Of a stretch of DNA of 64,000 bases, positions 1-12,765 are shown in pieces (position 1 is the stretch's first letter; the number at the start of each line of letters is the position of its first letter). Source of the DNA: Eledone cirrhosa (Eukaryota); contig OZ024753.1 in assembly GCA_964016885.1 (NCBI GenBank), positions 26,784,001-26,848,000 of the forward strand. The letters are read 5' to 3'. The translations under genes and the position numbers were made by a program. A model generated the notes under the pieces. The model did no database searches. It saw only the letters and a list, made by a program, of their open reading frames with translations, and was not told where the DNA came from.

Positions 1-3000
1 ACTATGCAGGGGCATGTCCCGATAGAGAGGGGTGCAACAGCCTCAAGGGGTTACTCGGCCGATTTGACCTGGCCGATAGATTTCGACAAGATTTTCCGAC
101 GGTGCCAATCTGGTCTTGGTCAAATCGCAGCGGATCATCTAGGTCGTACCTAGATAGGTTTTTAGTTAGAAATAAGGACAGGGACTTTTTAAGTTGTCCA
201 GAAATGCTCATGGTTGGCTATTCAGACCACAAGTTGGTGACCTGCATGGTCAACCTTGATAGAATGCATAGACAGGGCCCCGGTTACTGGAAGCTCAACT
301 TGTCCTTGCCGGCAAGCAGAGCTTACAGGGATCGGATTAGTACGTTAGTTAAGGAACGGTTGACTGGAGCGATCGTCAACAGTAGGTGGTGGGTATCTCT
401 AAAGAGAGAGATTAGAGTAGTCTCGATAGAATTTAGTAAGGTTCTAGCTGCGGATAGGATTAGGAAGGAAAGGGAGCTAATAGATAGAGTAGAAGAGGCA
501 ATTAGAAGCTGCGACGTGGCCAGAGTGCTAGCGTCGAGAACGGCTTTGAGCCAGTTTTTCGACTCGAAGCACGAAGGCTGCGTTGTCCGAAGTAAAATAC
601 GTGCTCTAGGGAACGAGGGGACCAAAGCTGTTAGCTGGGCCCACGTGACAGAGGCCAACAGTGGAACTAAATCCGCCATCCGGTCTTTGCGAGACCAGGA
701 TGGACGGGCGATTCTTGAGCCTAAGCAGATGTGTGAGGCCTTTCAAAGGCACTTTGCCCGATTGTTCGGAACGAGCGGGGAGCCGGTTGGGGATGTGGAC
801 TTCGGTCCATACCTCGACGGCCTGCCGCGTCTCTCGGACAGGGAGGCGAAGTCCTGCGAGGAGCCGATTTCGGCCGCTGAGATAGAGGACATGCTGAGCC
901 AATGTGGCAAACGCAAATCCCCGGGTCTCGATGGTCTTCCATACGAATTATATCTAGCTATGCCGGACTTGTTCCCCGATCTCCTCGAGGCGGTCTACTG
1001 CAACTGGCAACAGAACGGGAGAATTCCCTGTACTGTGACCAAGGGCGTAGTCACGCTAGTGAGGAAGGACGAGAACAAGGGGGACAAAATAAGTAACTTC
1101 AGGCCCATAACTCTGCTAAATACAGAGTTACAGATTTTGGCCAAGGTGCTAGCAAAGAGGTTGGCGCTTGTCGTGGGCAACCTGGTGGGAGATGCGCAGA
1201 CATGTGCTATCCCGTCCAGGTCCATCCACGACAACCTCCACCTCATGCGATACATCATAGAGAGGGTTGGGAACGAACCCGGCTTTGGTGGGGCTCTGAT
1301 CAACTTGGATCAATCTAAGGCGTTCGATAGGGTCGACCATGGTTACCTGGATGCGGTGCTAGCGGCGGCAGGCTTCGGACCCGTTTTCAGGGGCTGGATC
1401 ACTGCTATGCACAGCAGCCGCATCTGCTGTAGGGTCAAGGTGAACGGCTACCTCTCGAAGCCGTTCAAAATCGCGCGGTCCTTCCGACAAGGGTGCCCTC
1501 TCTCCTCCCTTCTGTATGTGTTGACTCTCGAGCCACTACTGCGGAAGTTGGAGTTGTTGCAGGGCATCCCTTTGGAACCGGGATTGCGGAAAGCAGTGTC
1601 GGCCTACGCCGATGACGTGACAGTAATGGTGTCGACGGCCTCCGAAATCGGGGCGGTCGGCACCTTACTGGAGGAGTACGAAAGGTTCACAGGGGCTAAG
1701 CTGAACCGGGACAAGTCGATCGGTTTGCAACTCGGCACGTGGAGGGGCAGACCGATGCCCTCCGATGGCGCCGTCGGACGCTGGACGGAGGGCCCGGTGA
1801 AGTTGCTTGGGGTCTGGTTCGGACCGGACCTCCAGGTGGAGAAGAACTGGGCGGAGGTTACGAACAGGGTGTTTGCACTGACCCAGAAGTGGGCCAGTTG
1901 CAAACTATCCCTGAAAGGTCGGGCGGAGGTGGCGAACACCTATATAGTGTCCGTCATCTACTACCGCCTGACCGTAGTGCCCTGCCCATGGGAAACCCTC
2001 GCCAAGATGGAGCGCGCGCTCTTCCAATTCCTTTGGAAGAGGCGGGCTCCTATGGTGAGGAGTTCCATCTGCTGTCAACACCCTTCGAAAGGAGGGCTGG
2101 GGATACCGTGGCTAATGATGCGTAAATACGCATTAAGGCTACGGCACCTCTACGTATTCCTCACCGGTCAACCGGTGTGGGCCTCGTTTGTGAGACGAAC
2201 CTTTCCCAGACTCGTCTCACTCACCGAGCTGCAATCCTGGGTCAAGCAAAGACCGAGAAAACTGGGCGCCTGGCACACTGAGTGTGCCCAGGCGCTCACC
2301 GCCCTCTGGCAGGCGGATCCAGTTATCAGTGGAGACTCCACCGCAACATTCTATAGAGGGCTGGTACGCAGCAGGTGCGACGACGCCCTCGGAGAAGCCC
2401 TAGACATGGAGGAGGACGAACTGGCGAGCCTGTTCGGTAGGACATTCAGCCCGGGACCTATGGACAACTTCCAGAAGTCCCTGGCCTGGCAGTGCTACCG
2501 AGGGGCTCTACCCATTCGAGAAAAGCTCTACAGACACGGGCACCCGAGTAGGGACCCCTCGAAAAAGATCTGTCCCAGATGCGTGTGCGACGAGGAAACC
2601 GTTGCACATGCATTGGTACACTGCTCGGTCATTGCTGATCTGTGGGGCTATGTCGAACAACTGCTGTCAAGGGTGGGACCGATCTGGTTGACCACCGAGT
2701 CTATTGTAACGATCAACCCGCCCCCCCCCCCCCCCCCCTTCCTTCAAAAATGAAGTAGAGGCGGTGTTTCTGTGCGTAATAGCCATGGCGAAAGAGGTTG
2801 TATGGTGGACGCTTCTGAAAGGACTGAGGTCAGACACCTTTTTCTCTGGCCAACAACTGGTCCGTTTCTTCCGATATCATTTCGGAAGAAGGATCAGGAT
2901 GGAGAGAGAGGTGCTGCACCCCAGTCGTTTTTATGAAAGGTGGGTGAAAGTGGCGAGAATGGCCCGTGTGAATGGGCCTTCATTCTACATCAGACAGGTG

Positions 3001-3258
3001 AGGAAGATGAAAGACCAAGGGAGCACCCCTTCTCTGTGCTCCTGAGGAAAAGGGTTGCACACTTTTTTCTGAGTGGAGTGCGACCCCCAAGGCGCCTCCT
3101 CTCTATTGAGGATTTTGTTATATATTTTATTCTGTTATATTTTATTTTATTTTTATATTTTGTTATTGCCTCCTCCTTATTGAGGACGCCTTGTTTTGTA
3201 AACTCCCCCCTTTGTACTTGTCCCACTTTTGATACCCTGGTGGCAAATAAAAGAAACA
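1..3258 (+). mobile_element. Tx1/L1-clade non-LTR retrotransposon, copy A (5' part outside window): end of APE endonuclease, RT, C-terminal Cys finger, 3' UTR
   Basis: ORF 102-2753 has YLDRFLV/SDH (APE end), GPGYWKLN, KSPGLDGLP, FRPITLLN, LDQSKAFDRVDH, RQGCPLS, AYADDV and CPRC..EETVAHALVHC. It continues out of frame at a poly-C run into 2764-3045. The element ends ...GTGGCAAATAAAAGAAACA directly on the satellite. Confidence 0.93.
102..3045 (+). pseudogene. Tx1-like ORF2 (endonuclease/reverse transcriptase), frameshifted at poly-C 2721-2738
   Basis: ORF track 102..2753 plus 2764..3045, with RT motifs as above. Confidence 0.88.
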
Positions 3259-6200
3259 TATCTCTGTGTAAATATAGAAGTGTATATTACTATAGTACTC
3301 TAGCCATCTCTGTGTAAATATAGAAGTTTATATTACTATAGTTCTCTAGCCACATCTGTGTAAATATAGAAGTGTATATTACTACAGTTTTCTAGCCATC
3401 TCTGTGTAAATATAGAAGTGTATATTACTACAGTTTTCTAGCTATCTCTGTAAATATAGAAGTGTATATTACTATAGTTCTCTAGCTATCTCTGTAAATA
3501 TAGAAGTGTATATTACTACAGTTTTCTAGCAATCTCTGTGTAAATATAGAAGTGTATATTACCATAGTTCTCTAGCCATCTCTGTGTAAATATAGAAGTG
3601 TATATAACTATAGTTCTCTAGCTATCTCTATGTAAATATAGAAGTGTATATTACTATAGTTCTCTAGCTATCTCTGTGTAAATATAGAAGTGTATATTAC
3701 TATAGTTTTCTAGCTATCTCTGCGTAAATATAGAAGTGTATATTACTATAGTTCTATAGCTATCTCTGTGTATATTACTATAGTTCTCTAGCCAGCTCTG
3801 TGTAAATATAGAAGTGTATATTACTATAGTTCTCTACCTATCTCTCGGTAAATATAGAAGTGTATATTACTATAGTTCTTTAGCTATCTCTGTGTAAATA
3901 CAGAAGTGTATATTACTATAGTTCTCTAGCCACCTCTGTGTAAATATAGAAATGTATATTACTATAGTTCTATAACTATCTCTGTGTAAATATAGAAGTG
4001 TATATTACTATAGTTCTCTAGCCACCTCTGTGTAAATATAGAAGTGTATATTACTATAGTTCTCTACCTATCTCTCGGTAAATATAGAAGTGTATATTAC
4101 TATAGTTCTCTAACCATCTCTGTGTAAATATAGAAGTGTATATTACTATAGTTCTCTAACCATCTCTGTGTAAATATAGAAGTGTATATTACTATAGTTC
4201 TCTAGCTATCTCTGTGTAAATATAGAAGTGTATATTACTATAGTTCTCTAACCATCTCTGTGTAAATATAGAAGTGTATATTACTATAGTTCTCTAGGTA
4301 TCTCTGTGTAAATATTGAAGTGGATATTGCTATAGTTCTCTAGCCACCTCTGTGTAAATATTGAAGTGGATATTGCTATAGTTCTCTAGCCAGCTCTGTG
4401 TAAATATTGAAGTGTATATATATACACTTCTATATTTACATAGGGCTGGCTAGAGAACTATAGTAATATACACTTCTATATTTACACAGAGATAGCTAGA
4501 GAACTATAGTAATATACACTTCTATATTTACACAGAGCTGGACAGAGGGCCCGGTGAAGTTGCTCGGGGTCTGGTTCGGACCGGACCTCCAGGTGGAGAA
4601 AAACTGGGCGGAGGTTACGAACAGGGTGTTTGCACTGACCCAGAAGTGGGCCAGTTGCAAACTATCCCTGAAAGGTCGGGCGGAGGTGGCGAACACCTAC
4701 ATAGCGTCCGTCATCTACTACCGCCTGACCGTAGTGCCCTGCCCAAGGGAAACCCTCACCAAGATGGAGCGCGCACTCTTCCAATTCCTTTGGAAGAGGC
4801 GGGCTACTATGGTGAGGAGATCCAGCTATCTCTGTGTAAATAAAGAAGTGTATATAACTATAGTATTCTAGCAATCTCTGTGTAAATATAGAAGTGTATA
4901 TTACTATAGTTCTCTAGCGACCTCTATGTAAATATAGAAGTGTATATTACTATAGTTTTCTAGCAATCTCTGTGTAAATATAGAAGTGTATATTACTATA
5001 GTTCTCTAGCCAGTTCTGTGTAAATATAGAAGTGTATATTACTATAGTTCTTTAGCCATCTCTGTGTAAATATAGAAGTGTATATTACTATAGTTCTCTA
5101 GCCACCTCTGTGTAAATATAGAAGTGTATATTAATATAGTTCTCTACCCACCTCTGTGTAAATATAGAAGTGTATATTACTATAGTTTTCTAGCTATCTC
5201 TGTGTAAATATAGAAATGTATATAACTACAGTTTTCTAGCAATCTCTGTGTAAATATAGAAGTGTATATTACCATAGTTCTCTAGCTATCTCTGTGTAAA
5301 TATAGAAGTGTATATAACTATAGTTTTCTAGCCATCTCTGTGTAAATATAGAAGTGTATATAACTATAATTCTCTAGCCAGCTCTGTGTAAATATTGAAG
5401 TGTATATTGCTATAGTTCTCTAGCCAGTTCTGTGTAAATATAGAAGTGTATATTACTATAGTTCTTTAGCCATCTCTGTGTAAATATAGAAGTGTATATT
5501 ACTATAGTTCTCTAGCCACCTATGTGTTAATATAGAAGTGTATATAACTACAGTTTTCTAGCTATCTCTGTGTAAATATAGAAGTGTATATTGCTATAGT
5601 TCTCTAGCCAGTTCTGTGTAAATATAGAAGTGTATATTACTATAGTTCTCTAGCTATCTCTATGTAAATATAGAAGTGTATATTACTATAGTTCTATAGC
5701 TATCTCTGTGTATATTACTATAGTTCTCTAGCCAGCTCTGTGTAAATATAGAAGTGTATATTACTATAGTACTCTAGCCACCTCTGTGTAAATATAGAAG
5801 TGTATATTACTATAGTTCTCTAGCTATCTCTGTGTAAATATAGAAGTGTATATTACTATAGTTCTCTAGCCACCTCTGTGTAAATATAGAAGTGTATATT
5901 ACTATAGTTTTCTAGCCATCTCTGTGTAAATATAGAAGTGTATATTACTATAGTTTTCTAGCTATCTCTGTGTAAATAAAGAAGTGTATATAACTATAGT
6001 TTTCTAGCTATCTCTGTGTAAATATAGAAGTGTATATAACTATAGTTTTCTAGCCATCTCTGTAAATATAGAAGTGTATATAACTATAGTTTTCTAGCTA
6101 TCTCTGTGTAAATATAGAAGTGTATATAACTATAGTTTTCTAGCTATCTCTGTGTAAATAAAGAAGTGTATATAACTATAGTTTTCTAGCCATCTCTGTG

Positions 6201-8300
6201 TAAATATAGAAGTGTATATAACTATAGTTTTCTAGCCAGCTCTGTGTATATATTGAAGTGTATATTACTATAGTTCTCTAGCTATCTCTGTGTAAATATA
6301 GAAGTGTATATAACTATAGTTCTCTAGCCAGTTCTGTGTAAATATAGAAGTGTATATAACTATAGTTCTCTAGCCAGTTCTGTGTAAATATAGAAGTGTA
6401 TATTACTATAGTTCTCTAACCAGCTCTGTGCAAATATAGAAGTGTATATTACTATAGTTCTCTAGCCATCTCTGTGTAAATATAGAAGTGTATATTACTA
6501 TAGTTCTCTAGCCACCTATGTGTTAATATAGAAGTGTATATAACTACAGTTTTCTAGCTATCTCTGTGTAAATATAGAAGTGTATATTGCTATAGTTCTC
6601 TAGCCAGTTCTGTGTAAATATAGAAGTGTATATTACTATAGTTCTCTAGCTATCTCTATGTAAATATAGAAGTGTATATTACTATAGTTCTATAGCTATC
6701 TCTGTGTATATTACTATAGTTCTCTAGCCAGCTCTGTGTAAATATAGAAGTGTATATTACTATAGTACTCTAGCCACCTCTGTGTAAATATAGAAGTGTA
6801 TATTACTATAGTTCTCTAGCTATCTCTGTGTAAATATAGAAGTGTATATTACAATAGTTCTCTAGCCACCTCTGTGTAAATATAGAAGTGTATATTACTA
6901 TAGTTTTCTAGCCATCTCTGTGTAAATATAGAAGTGTATATTACTATAGTTTTCTAGCTATCTCTGTGTAAATAAAGAAGTGTATATAACTATAGTTTTC
7001 TAGCTATCTCTGTGTAAATATAGAAGTGTATATAACTATAGTTTTCTAGCCATCTCTGTAAATATAGAAGTGTATATAACTATAGTTTTCTAGCTATCTC
7101 TGTGTAAATATAGAAGTGTATATAACTATAGTTTTCTAGCTATCTCTGTGTAAATAAAGAAGTGTATATAACTATAGTTTTCTAGCCATCTCTGTGTAAA
7201 TATAGAAGTGTATATAACTATAGTTTTCTAGCCAGCTCTGTGTATATATTGAAGTGTATATTACTATAGTTCTCTAGCTATCTCTGTGTAAATATAGAAG
7301 TGTATATAACTATAGTTCTCTAGCCAGTTCTGTGTAAATATAGAAGTGTATATAACTATAGTTCTCTAGCCAGTTCTGTGTAAATATAGAAGTGTATATT
7401 ACTATAGTTCTCTAACCAGCTCTGTGCAAATATAGAAGTGTATATTACTATAGTTCTCTAGCCAGTTCTGTGTAAATATAGAAGTGTATATTACTATAGT
7501 TCTCTAACCAGCTCTGTGTAAATATAGAAGTGTATTTTACTATAGTTGTCGAGCTATCTCTGTGTAAATATAGAAGTGTATATTACTATAGTACTCTAGC
7601 CACATCTGTGTAAATATAGAAGTGTATATTACTATAGTTCTCTATTACTATAGTTGTCTAGCTATCTCTGTGTAAATATAGAAGTGTATATTACTATAGT
7701 ACTCTAGCCACATCTGTGTAAATATAGAAGTGTATATTACTATAGTTGTCTAGCTATCTCTGTGTAAATATAGAAGTGTATATTACTATAGTTCTCTAGC
7801 CATATTTGTGTAAATATAGAAGTGTATATTACTATAGTTCTCTAGCCAGCTCTCTGTAAATATAGAAGTGTATATTACTATAGTTCTCTACCTATCTATC
7901 GGTAAATATAGAAGTGTATATTACTATAGTTCTCTAACCATCTCTGTGTAAATATAGAAGTGTATATTACTATAGTTCTCTAACCATCTCTGTGTAAATA
8001 TAGATGTGTATATAACTATAGCTCTCTAGCCAGCTCTGTGTAAATATAGAAGTGTATATTACTATAGTTCTCTAGCTATCTCTGTGTAAATATAGAAGTG
8101 TATATTACTATAGTTCTCTAGCCATCTCTGTGTAAATATAGAAGTGTATATAACTATAGTTTTCTAGCTATCTCTGTGTAAATATAGAAATGTATATAAC
8201 TATAGTTTTCTAGCTATCTCTGTGTAAATATAGAAGTGTATATTACTATAGTTCTCTAGCCATCTCTGAGTAAATATAGAAGTGTATATAACTATAGTTT
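3259..8300 (+). repeat. 46-bp satellite array, block 1 (monomer ~ATCTCTGTGTAAATATAGAAGTGTATATTACTATAGTTCTCTAGCC/T)
   Basis: TAGCC recurs at 3301 and 3347 (period 46). About 100 degenerate monomers; ~996-bp higher-order duplication (5515 vs 6511, 5691 vs 6687). Confidence 0.98.
4537..4819 (+). mobile_element. Internal Tx1 RT-region fragment embedded in the satellite, next to a local satellite inversion (4420-4540)
   Basis: Nearly identical to 1780-2063 (VKLLGVWFGPDLQVEKNW...). Confidence 0.92.
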
Positions 8301-8592
8301 AAAATAATAATAATAATGAAATTATTGTGTACAGTGCTCAGGTGCACTACAACTCATCAAAGGTGCATGTATAGTACATAGAATAATGTACAAATGTCAG
8401 GAAAATAAACAGTGTATGAGTCATGATATAATAACAATAACAATAATGAAATATTGTGTACAGTGCCCAGGTGCACCACAACTCATCAAAAAAGTGCATG
8501 TACAGTACATAGGGCAATGCACAAACATCAGTAAAATGAACAGTGCATGAGTCATGATACACACATGTGTGCATGTGTATGGAAGGGGTACA

Positions 8593-10371
8593 TCAGGTGT
8601 AGTTTTGGCGTATTTCGGGAAGCATGAGTGTCTTAAAGGATGCAGTGTCTCGGCAGCTAACAATTGACGCAGGCAGTTTGTTCCATGCTTCAGCAACTCT
8701 GAGCGTGAAAAAATGTCTGCGAAAGTCATGGGAGCTGTGCTGTTTTCTTATCTTGTAGGCATGTCCACGTGTGTTAGACACATGGAGATCAAAGAGGCGC
8801 TCAGGGTTGCAGTTGGCGAGATGGTTAAAAACTTTGTGGGTATTCACCAAGTCCATTGCCAGACGTCGGAGCTTCAATGAATCCATGCCCAGGGAAGCAA
8901 GGCGTTCAGAGTATGGTAGGTGTCTGATGGAGGGTATGCGCTTGGTTGCACGTCTCTGAACAGTTTCCAGGAGGTCAATGTTCCGAGCAAGATAGGGGTT
9001 CCAGACTGATGATGCGAATTCCAAGAGTGGTCGCACCATAGCTGTATACAGTTTTAAATAGATGGCTGGAGAGCGGCTAACAAAGGTCTTGCTGAGTGAT
9101 GCCAAGACACCCTCGGCCTTCTTGACAATCTTAGAGACATGCTTTGTCCAACGCAAATCGTTGCTGACAGTAATGCCCAGGTCACGTTCACAAGAGGACT
9201 TTTTGATGTCAGTGTTGTGGAGGGAGTATGTGGACGCTGGATTTTTCCTTCCAAAATGCATGGTGGTACACTTGTCCACAGCCAGCTTCAGTTGCCAGTC
9301 TGTGATCCATTGCTGCATTGTGTCCATGTCTGATTGTAGGAAAGAGTTGTAAATTTCAGGATCAGTCCTTTTGATTTCAAGGTACAGCTTGATGTCATCT
9401 GCATATTTTAATACCGTGGCATTCTGTAAGTTGGCATCTATGTCATTAATATATGCCACAAACAAAAGAGGACCAAGAACAGATCCCTGTGGTACACCAG
9501 ATGACATCTCATATGGTGAAGAATGCTGTCCTAGAACCGTGACTACTTCCTTTCGGCTGAGAATGAAGGATTTCAGCCAGTCGAAAAGATCATTCCTCAC
9601 ACCCATTGCAGAGAGTTTTGCCATAAGTCTTTTGTGTGGCACAGAATTAAAAGCCTTAGCAAAGTCAAGGTAAACAACATCCACCCATGAGCCGCTGTCA
9701 GTGATCCGGGTGATGTCCTCAAGGAACTCGATAAGCTGATCACAGCAGCTGGAGTTAGGGATAAATCCAAACTGTGAGGGCCGGATGAGGCTGTGAGAGC
9801 TCCAGAAGTTCCAAAGTGTTTCTCTGACACAGGATTCCATCAGTTTGGCCATACAGCTAGTAAGACTGACTGAACGATAGTTGACAGGTGACATGCGGTT
9901 GCCCTTTTTGAACAGGGGAATGACACTGGCAGTTTTCCACTGCTCCGGAGTAGCACCATTGCTGAGACAGTATTGAAAGAAAAAAGAAAGCTGGCGCAAA
10001 AGGAAATCCCCGCCACGTTTGAGAAGCAGGTATGTCACACCATCAAGACCAGGGGAGGCATAGTTGCGCTTATTCTTAAGGTGACGTCGCAACATTGCAG
10101 GTGTAAATTCCATAGTTGTTATGGAATTTGATGTTAGAGATGGTGGAGATGGTACATTCTGGTTTTCAACAGTAAAAATACTTGCATAGCACTCAGCAAT
10201 GAGTTCTGCGCATTCCTTGGGATCGTCAGTGATCTGGCTTGTGTGGGGATTGCGAAGAGGACCAACTGGAGAGTGAGGTCTCTGCTTTGAATGAACATAT
10301 TTCCAGAACACCTTACTGTCAGGATTGGTTGCGATGCACTGTTCAAATTCAAGCACTGCCTTCTTTGTCAC
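8593..10371 (-). CDS. CR1-clade reverse transcriptase (ORF2 C-terminal part)
   Basis: Canonical non-LTR RT motifs. Separated from the endonuclease frame by a stop and a frameshift near 10500-10545. Confidence 0.9.
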   Translation of the reverse strand: MTKKAVLEFEQCIATNPDSKVFWKYVHSKQRPHSPVGPLRNPHTSQITDDPKECAELIAECYASIFTVENQNVPSPPSLTSNSITTMEFTPAMLRRHLKNKRNYASPGLDGVTYLLLKRGGDFLLRQLSFFFQYCLSNGATPEQWKTASVIPLFKKGNRMSPVNYRSVSLTSCMAKLMESCVRETLWNFWSSHSLIRPSQFGFIPNSSCCDQLIEFLEDITRITDSGSWVDVVYLDFAKAFNSVPHKRLMAKLSAMGVRNDLFDWLKSFILSRKEVVTVLGQHSSPYEMSSGVPQGSVLGPLLFVAYINDIDANLQNATVLKYADDIKLYLEIKRTDPEIYNSFLQSDMDTMQQWITDWQLKLAVDKCTTMHFGRKNPASTYSLHNTDIKKSSCERDLGITVSNDLRWTKHVSKIVKKAEGVLASLSKTFVSRSPAIYLKLYTAMVRPLLEFASSVWNPYLARNIDLLETVQRRATKRIPSIRHLPYSERLASLGMDSLKLRRLAMDLVNTHKVFNHLANCNPERLFDLHVSNTRGHAYKIRKQHSSHDFRRHFFTLRVAEAWNKLPASIVSCRDTASFKTLMLPEIRQNYT

Positions 10372-10541
10372 TTGCTTGAGATGGTTAAAAGATTTATTCC
10401 GCTTTTTTCTGTTGGCATCTGATCTATGCAGTTTATATTCCCGTTCAGCGTTCCGACGTTCTTTCCTGGCAAGTCGGACCGCTGAAGTTTCCCAGATTGC
10501 ACTTTTGGGTTATTTTTCCGCTTCCGTGGCACTGATGCTGC

Positions 10542-11354
10542 TCACGCTATCCATATTGAGTCCAGGATGCTCTGGAGTATAGAGTTCACATCTCCAGAGT
10601 TATAGATCTCATGCCAGTTTGGGCGCTGTAGCTCAGTGCAGTACAAGTTCCAATCCGCCCTCTTCCAATCAAAGCAAGCAGATTGGAGATGGCTCTGGTT
10701 TTTGTTGTTGCCCTCAAGTGCCAAATTGGCATTGATCATAGCATGATCAGAGTCGCCTAGAGGTTCCTCAGTAGTACAACTGATAACCACTTCAGGAGTA
10801 GTGGTGAAGATCAGGTCCAAAGTGTTGTCACCTCTTGTTGGAGAGGTGACTACTTGTGACCAGTTTGAGTCCAGCACTAGTTCAAGGAAATCATTTGCAC
10901 CCTGTGGCCAACGGAAGGTTTCCCAATCGATCTCAGGATGATTGAAGTCACCTGCAATAAACACATAAGTGGCTGTTTTCTTGGCAGCAACTCTGAGGAT
11001 ATCGCAAAGCTGTGTGTCCTGATGGTAGTTTGGGGGGCGATAAACAACACCAAGCAGAAGTGTTGACATGGTCATACGTATGTCACAGAAAAAAACTTCT
11101 TCCTGTGATTCGTTCAAATCAACGCAAGGAATTACCGAAATGTTTGAACAAACGTAGACCATCACACCACCACCACGGCGGTTATTGCGGTCCTTGCGGA
11201 AAAGGTTGTACCCAGTAATGATGAAAACCCCATCACAGAGTAAGGAATGTGCCCATGTTTCCGTGACTGTGATGAAGTCAGGGTCGATGCTTCTGACGTA
11301 GGATTCGAACAGATGTATCTTGTTGCATAAACTGCGAGCATTTAAGGACAACAA
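10542..11354 (-). CDS. CR1-clade APE endonuclease (ORF2 N-terminal part, prematurely stopped)
   Basis: LSLNARS, ETW, YRPP, GDFN, PTRGDNTLDL and SDH motifs. Confidence 0.88.
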   Translation of the reverse strand: MLSLNARSLCNKIHLFESYVRSIDPDFITVTETWAHSLLCDGVFIITGYNLFRKDRNNRRGGGVMVYVCSNISVIPCVDLNESQEEVFFCDIRMTMSTLLLGVVYRPPNYHQDTQLCDILRVAAKKTATYVFIAGDFNHPEIDWETFRWPQGANDFLELVLDSNWSQVVTSPTRGDNTLDLIFTTTPEVVISCTTEEPLGDSDHAMINANLALEGNNKNQSHLQSACFDWKRADWNLYCTELQRPNWHEIYNSGDVNSILQSILDSIWIA

Positions 11355-11410
11355 TTTGTACCCTGCTCGCAGTTTATGATGGTGTGTAGAGGGTGGCAGG
11401 TTGTTCTGGT

Positions 11411-12043
11411 TTAGTTTCCCAGAGTTGTAGCAGTTTTTACATTGCCAGTTATTGTGGGTAGATCACACTCAGACCAGCTGGTATCTCTCTTCCACGTTTC
11501 ACCAGCCTTGACAAACCTCCAGATCCGCCCATCATCACGTAGACTGAAACTTTCATCTTGTGCTGAGTTCCGATTCAAGGAAGCTGCAGCACGTAGTTTT
11601 GGACGTACATGGGGTGGTAGGCCTGGGCGTGTTCGGAAGGTAATCCGATTTTCACGCCCAGCTTTAGCAGAGGCCAGATGATATGAGGTTGCCTCTGCGG
11701 GGTCCGAGAAAGACAGCCTGATGAGTCTGGGTTTTGGACCAGGTCGACCAAGGTGGAGGGCACCCTTTGGGGGAACACAGCCTAGGTTTTTGGCTGAGCT
11801 GGCAGCAAATGCCTGAAGATCAGCCTTGTCCTCTGGTGCCCCAATGGCAATCACTTCATGGGTAGCAGATTCCGCAGTCTTTTCCGTCTTTCCAGCAAGA
11901 GGTACAGGGAGATTCTTTAGCAAGGCATTCCGATAAGACCCCTCATTGTGGAGTCCTACCCGAATGCTTGCCTCTATTCCTGCAACTTCCCTTCTCAGAG
12001 CAGAAATCATTAGCTGCAGTTCCGCAAAATCTGTACTGGTCAG

Positions 12044-12140
<97 letters not shown>

Positions 12141-12765
12141 TGCTGCTGTCGTTGTTGGTGATGATGATGTTCCTCCACGGGAATGGCAGGGGAGGACACA
12201 GTCGCAGGTTGTTGCTGTTGTTGGTGATGATGATGTTCCTCCACGGGAATGGTAGGGGAAGACACAGTCACCAGTTGTTGGTGTCGAGATGTACTGGGAG
12301 TGGAAGACATGGGTTGTTGTTGTTTCTGATGTTCTCCCACAGGAATAACAGTAGAAGCCAGTGTCATAGGTTTTTGCCGTTGTTCAGTAACAATGGTAGA
12401 GGAAGACACAGTCATTGGTTTTTCAATAACATTAATAACATTCGTGGAGGCAGGCACACAGGCCAGACACTGAAAGGACCAGGATTTTAGCTGGACCATC
12501 TCCCATATTCCATCCATCATAGCATTATGATGTCTCTTTTTTTGGCCTGGGATCCTCCGGAAGCCTTTGGCGCATTGAAGGCAGACAGAGATGCGACAGG
12601 TTCCACATTCGACCCAGCGATTACGGAACGAGTTTTCGGGTTCCGCACAGATATGGCAGATGTGATTTTCTGGGCAATGTTCTATCTGGGGACATCAGCC
12701 GGTTTTGTCGCATATTTCATCGATGGATATCACCATGGCAATTTTGTTATTTCTACCCATCCGTA
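11411..12765 (-). CDS. CR1 ORF1 with a PHD-like Cys finger (frameshifted near 12525) and a 35-Gln tract
   Basis: Manual minus-strand translation upstream of 12520 gives CHIC...WVECGTC...VCLQC, completed by WSFQCLAC in ORF 11411..12520. (CAA/CAG)35 at 12044-12148. Confidence 0.75.

Noticed and set aside
11946-12490. Poly-Cys, poly-Val and poly-Leu ORFs on the + strand
   Set aside because: Antisense readings of the CAA/CAG tract in CR1 ORF1.
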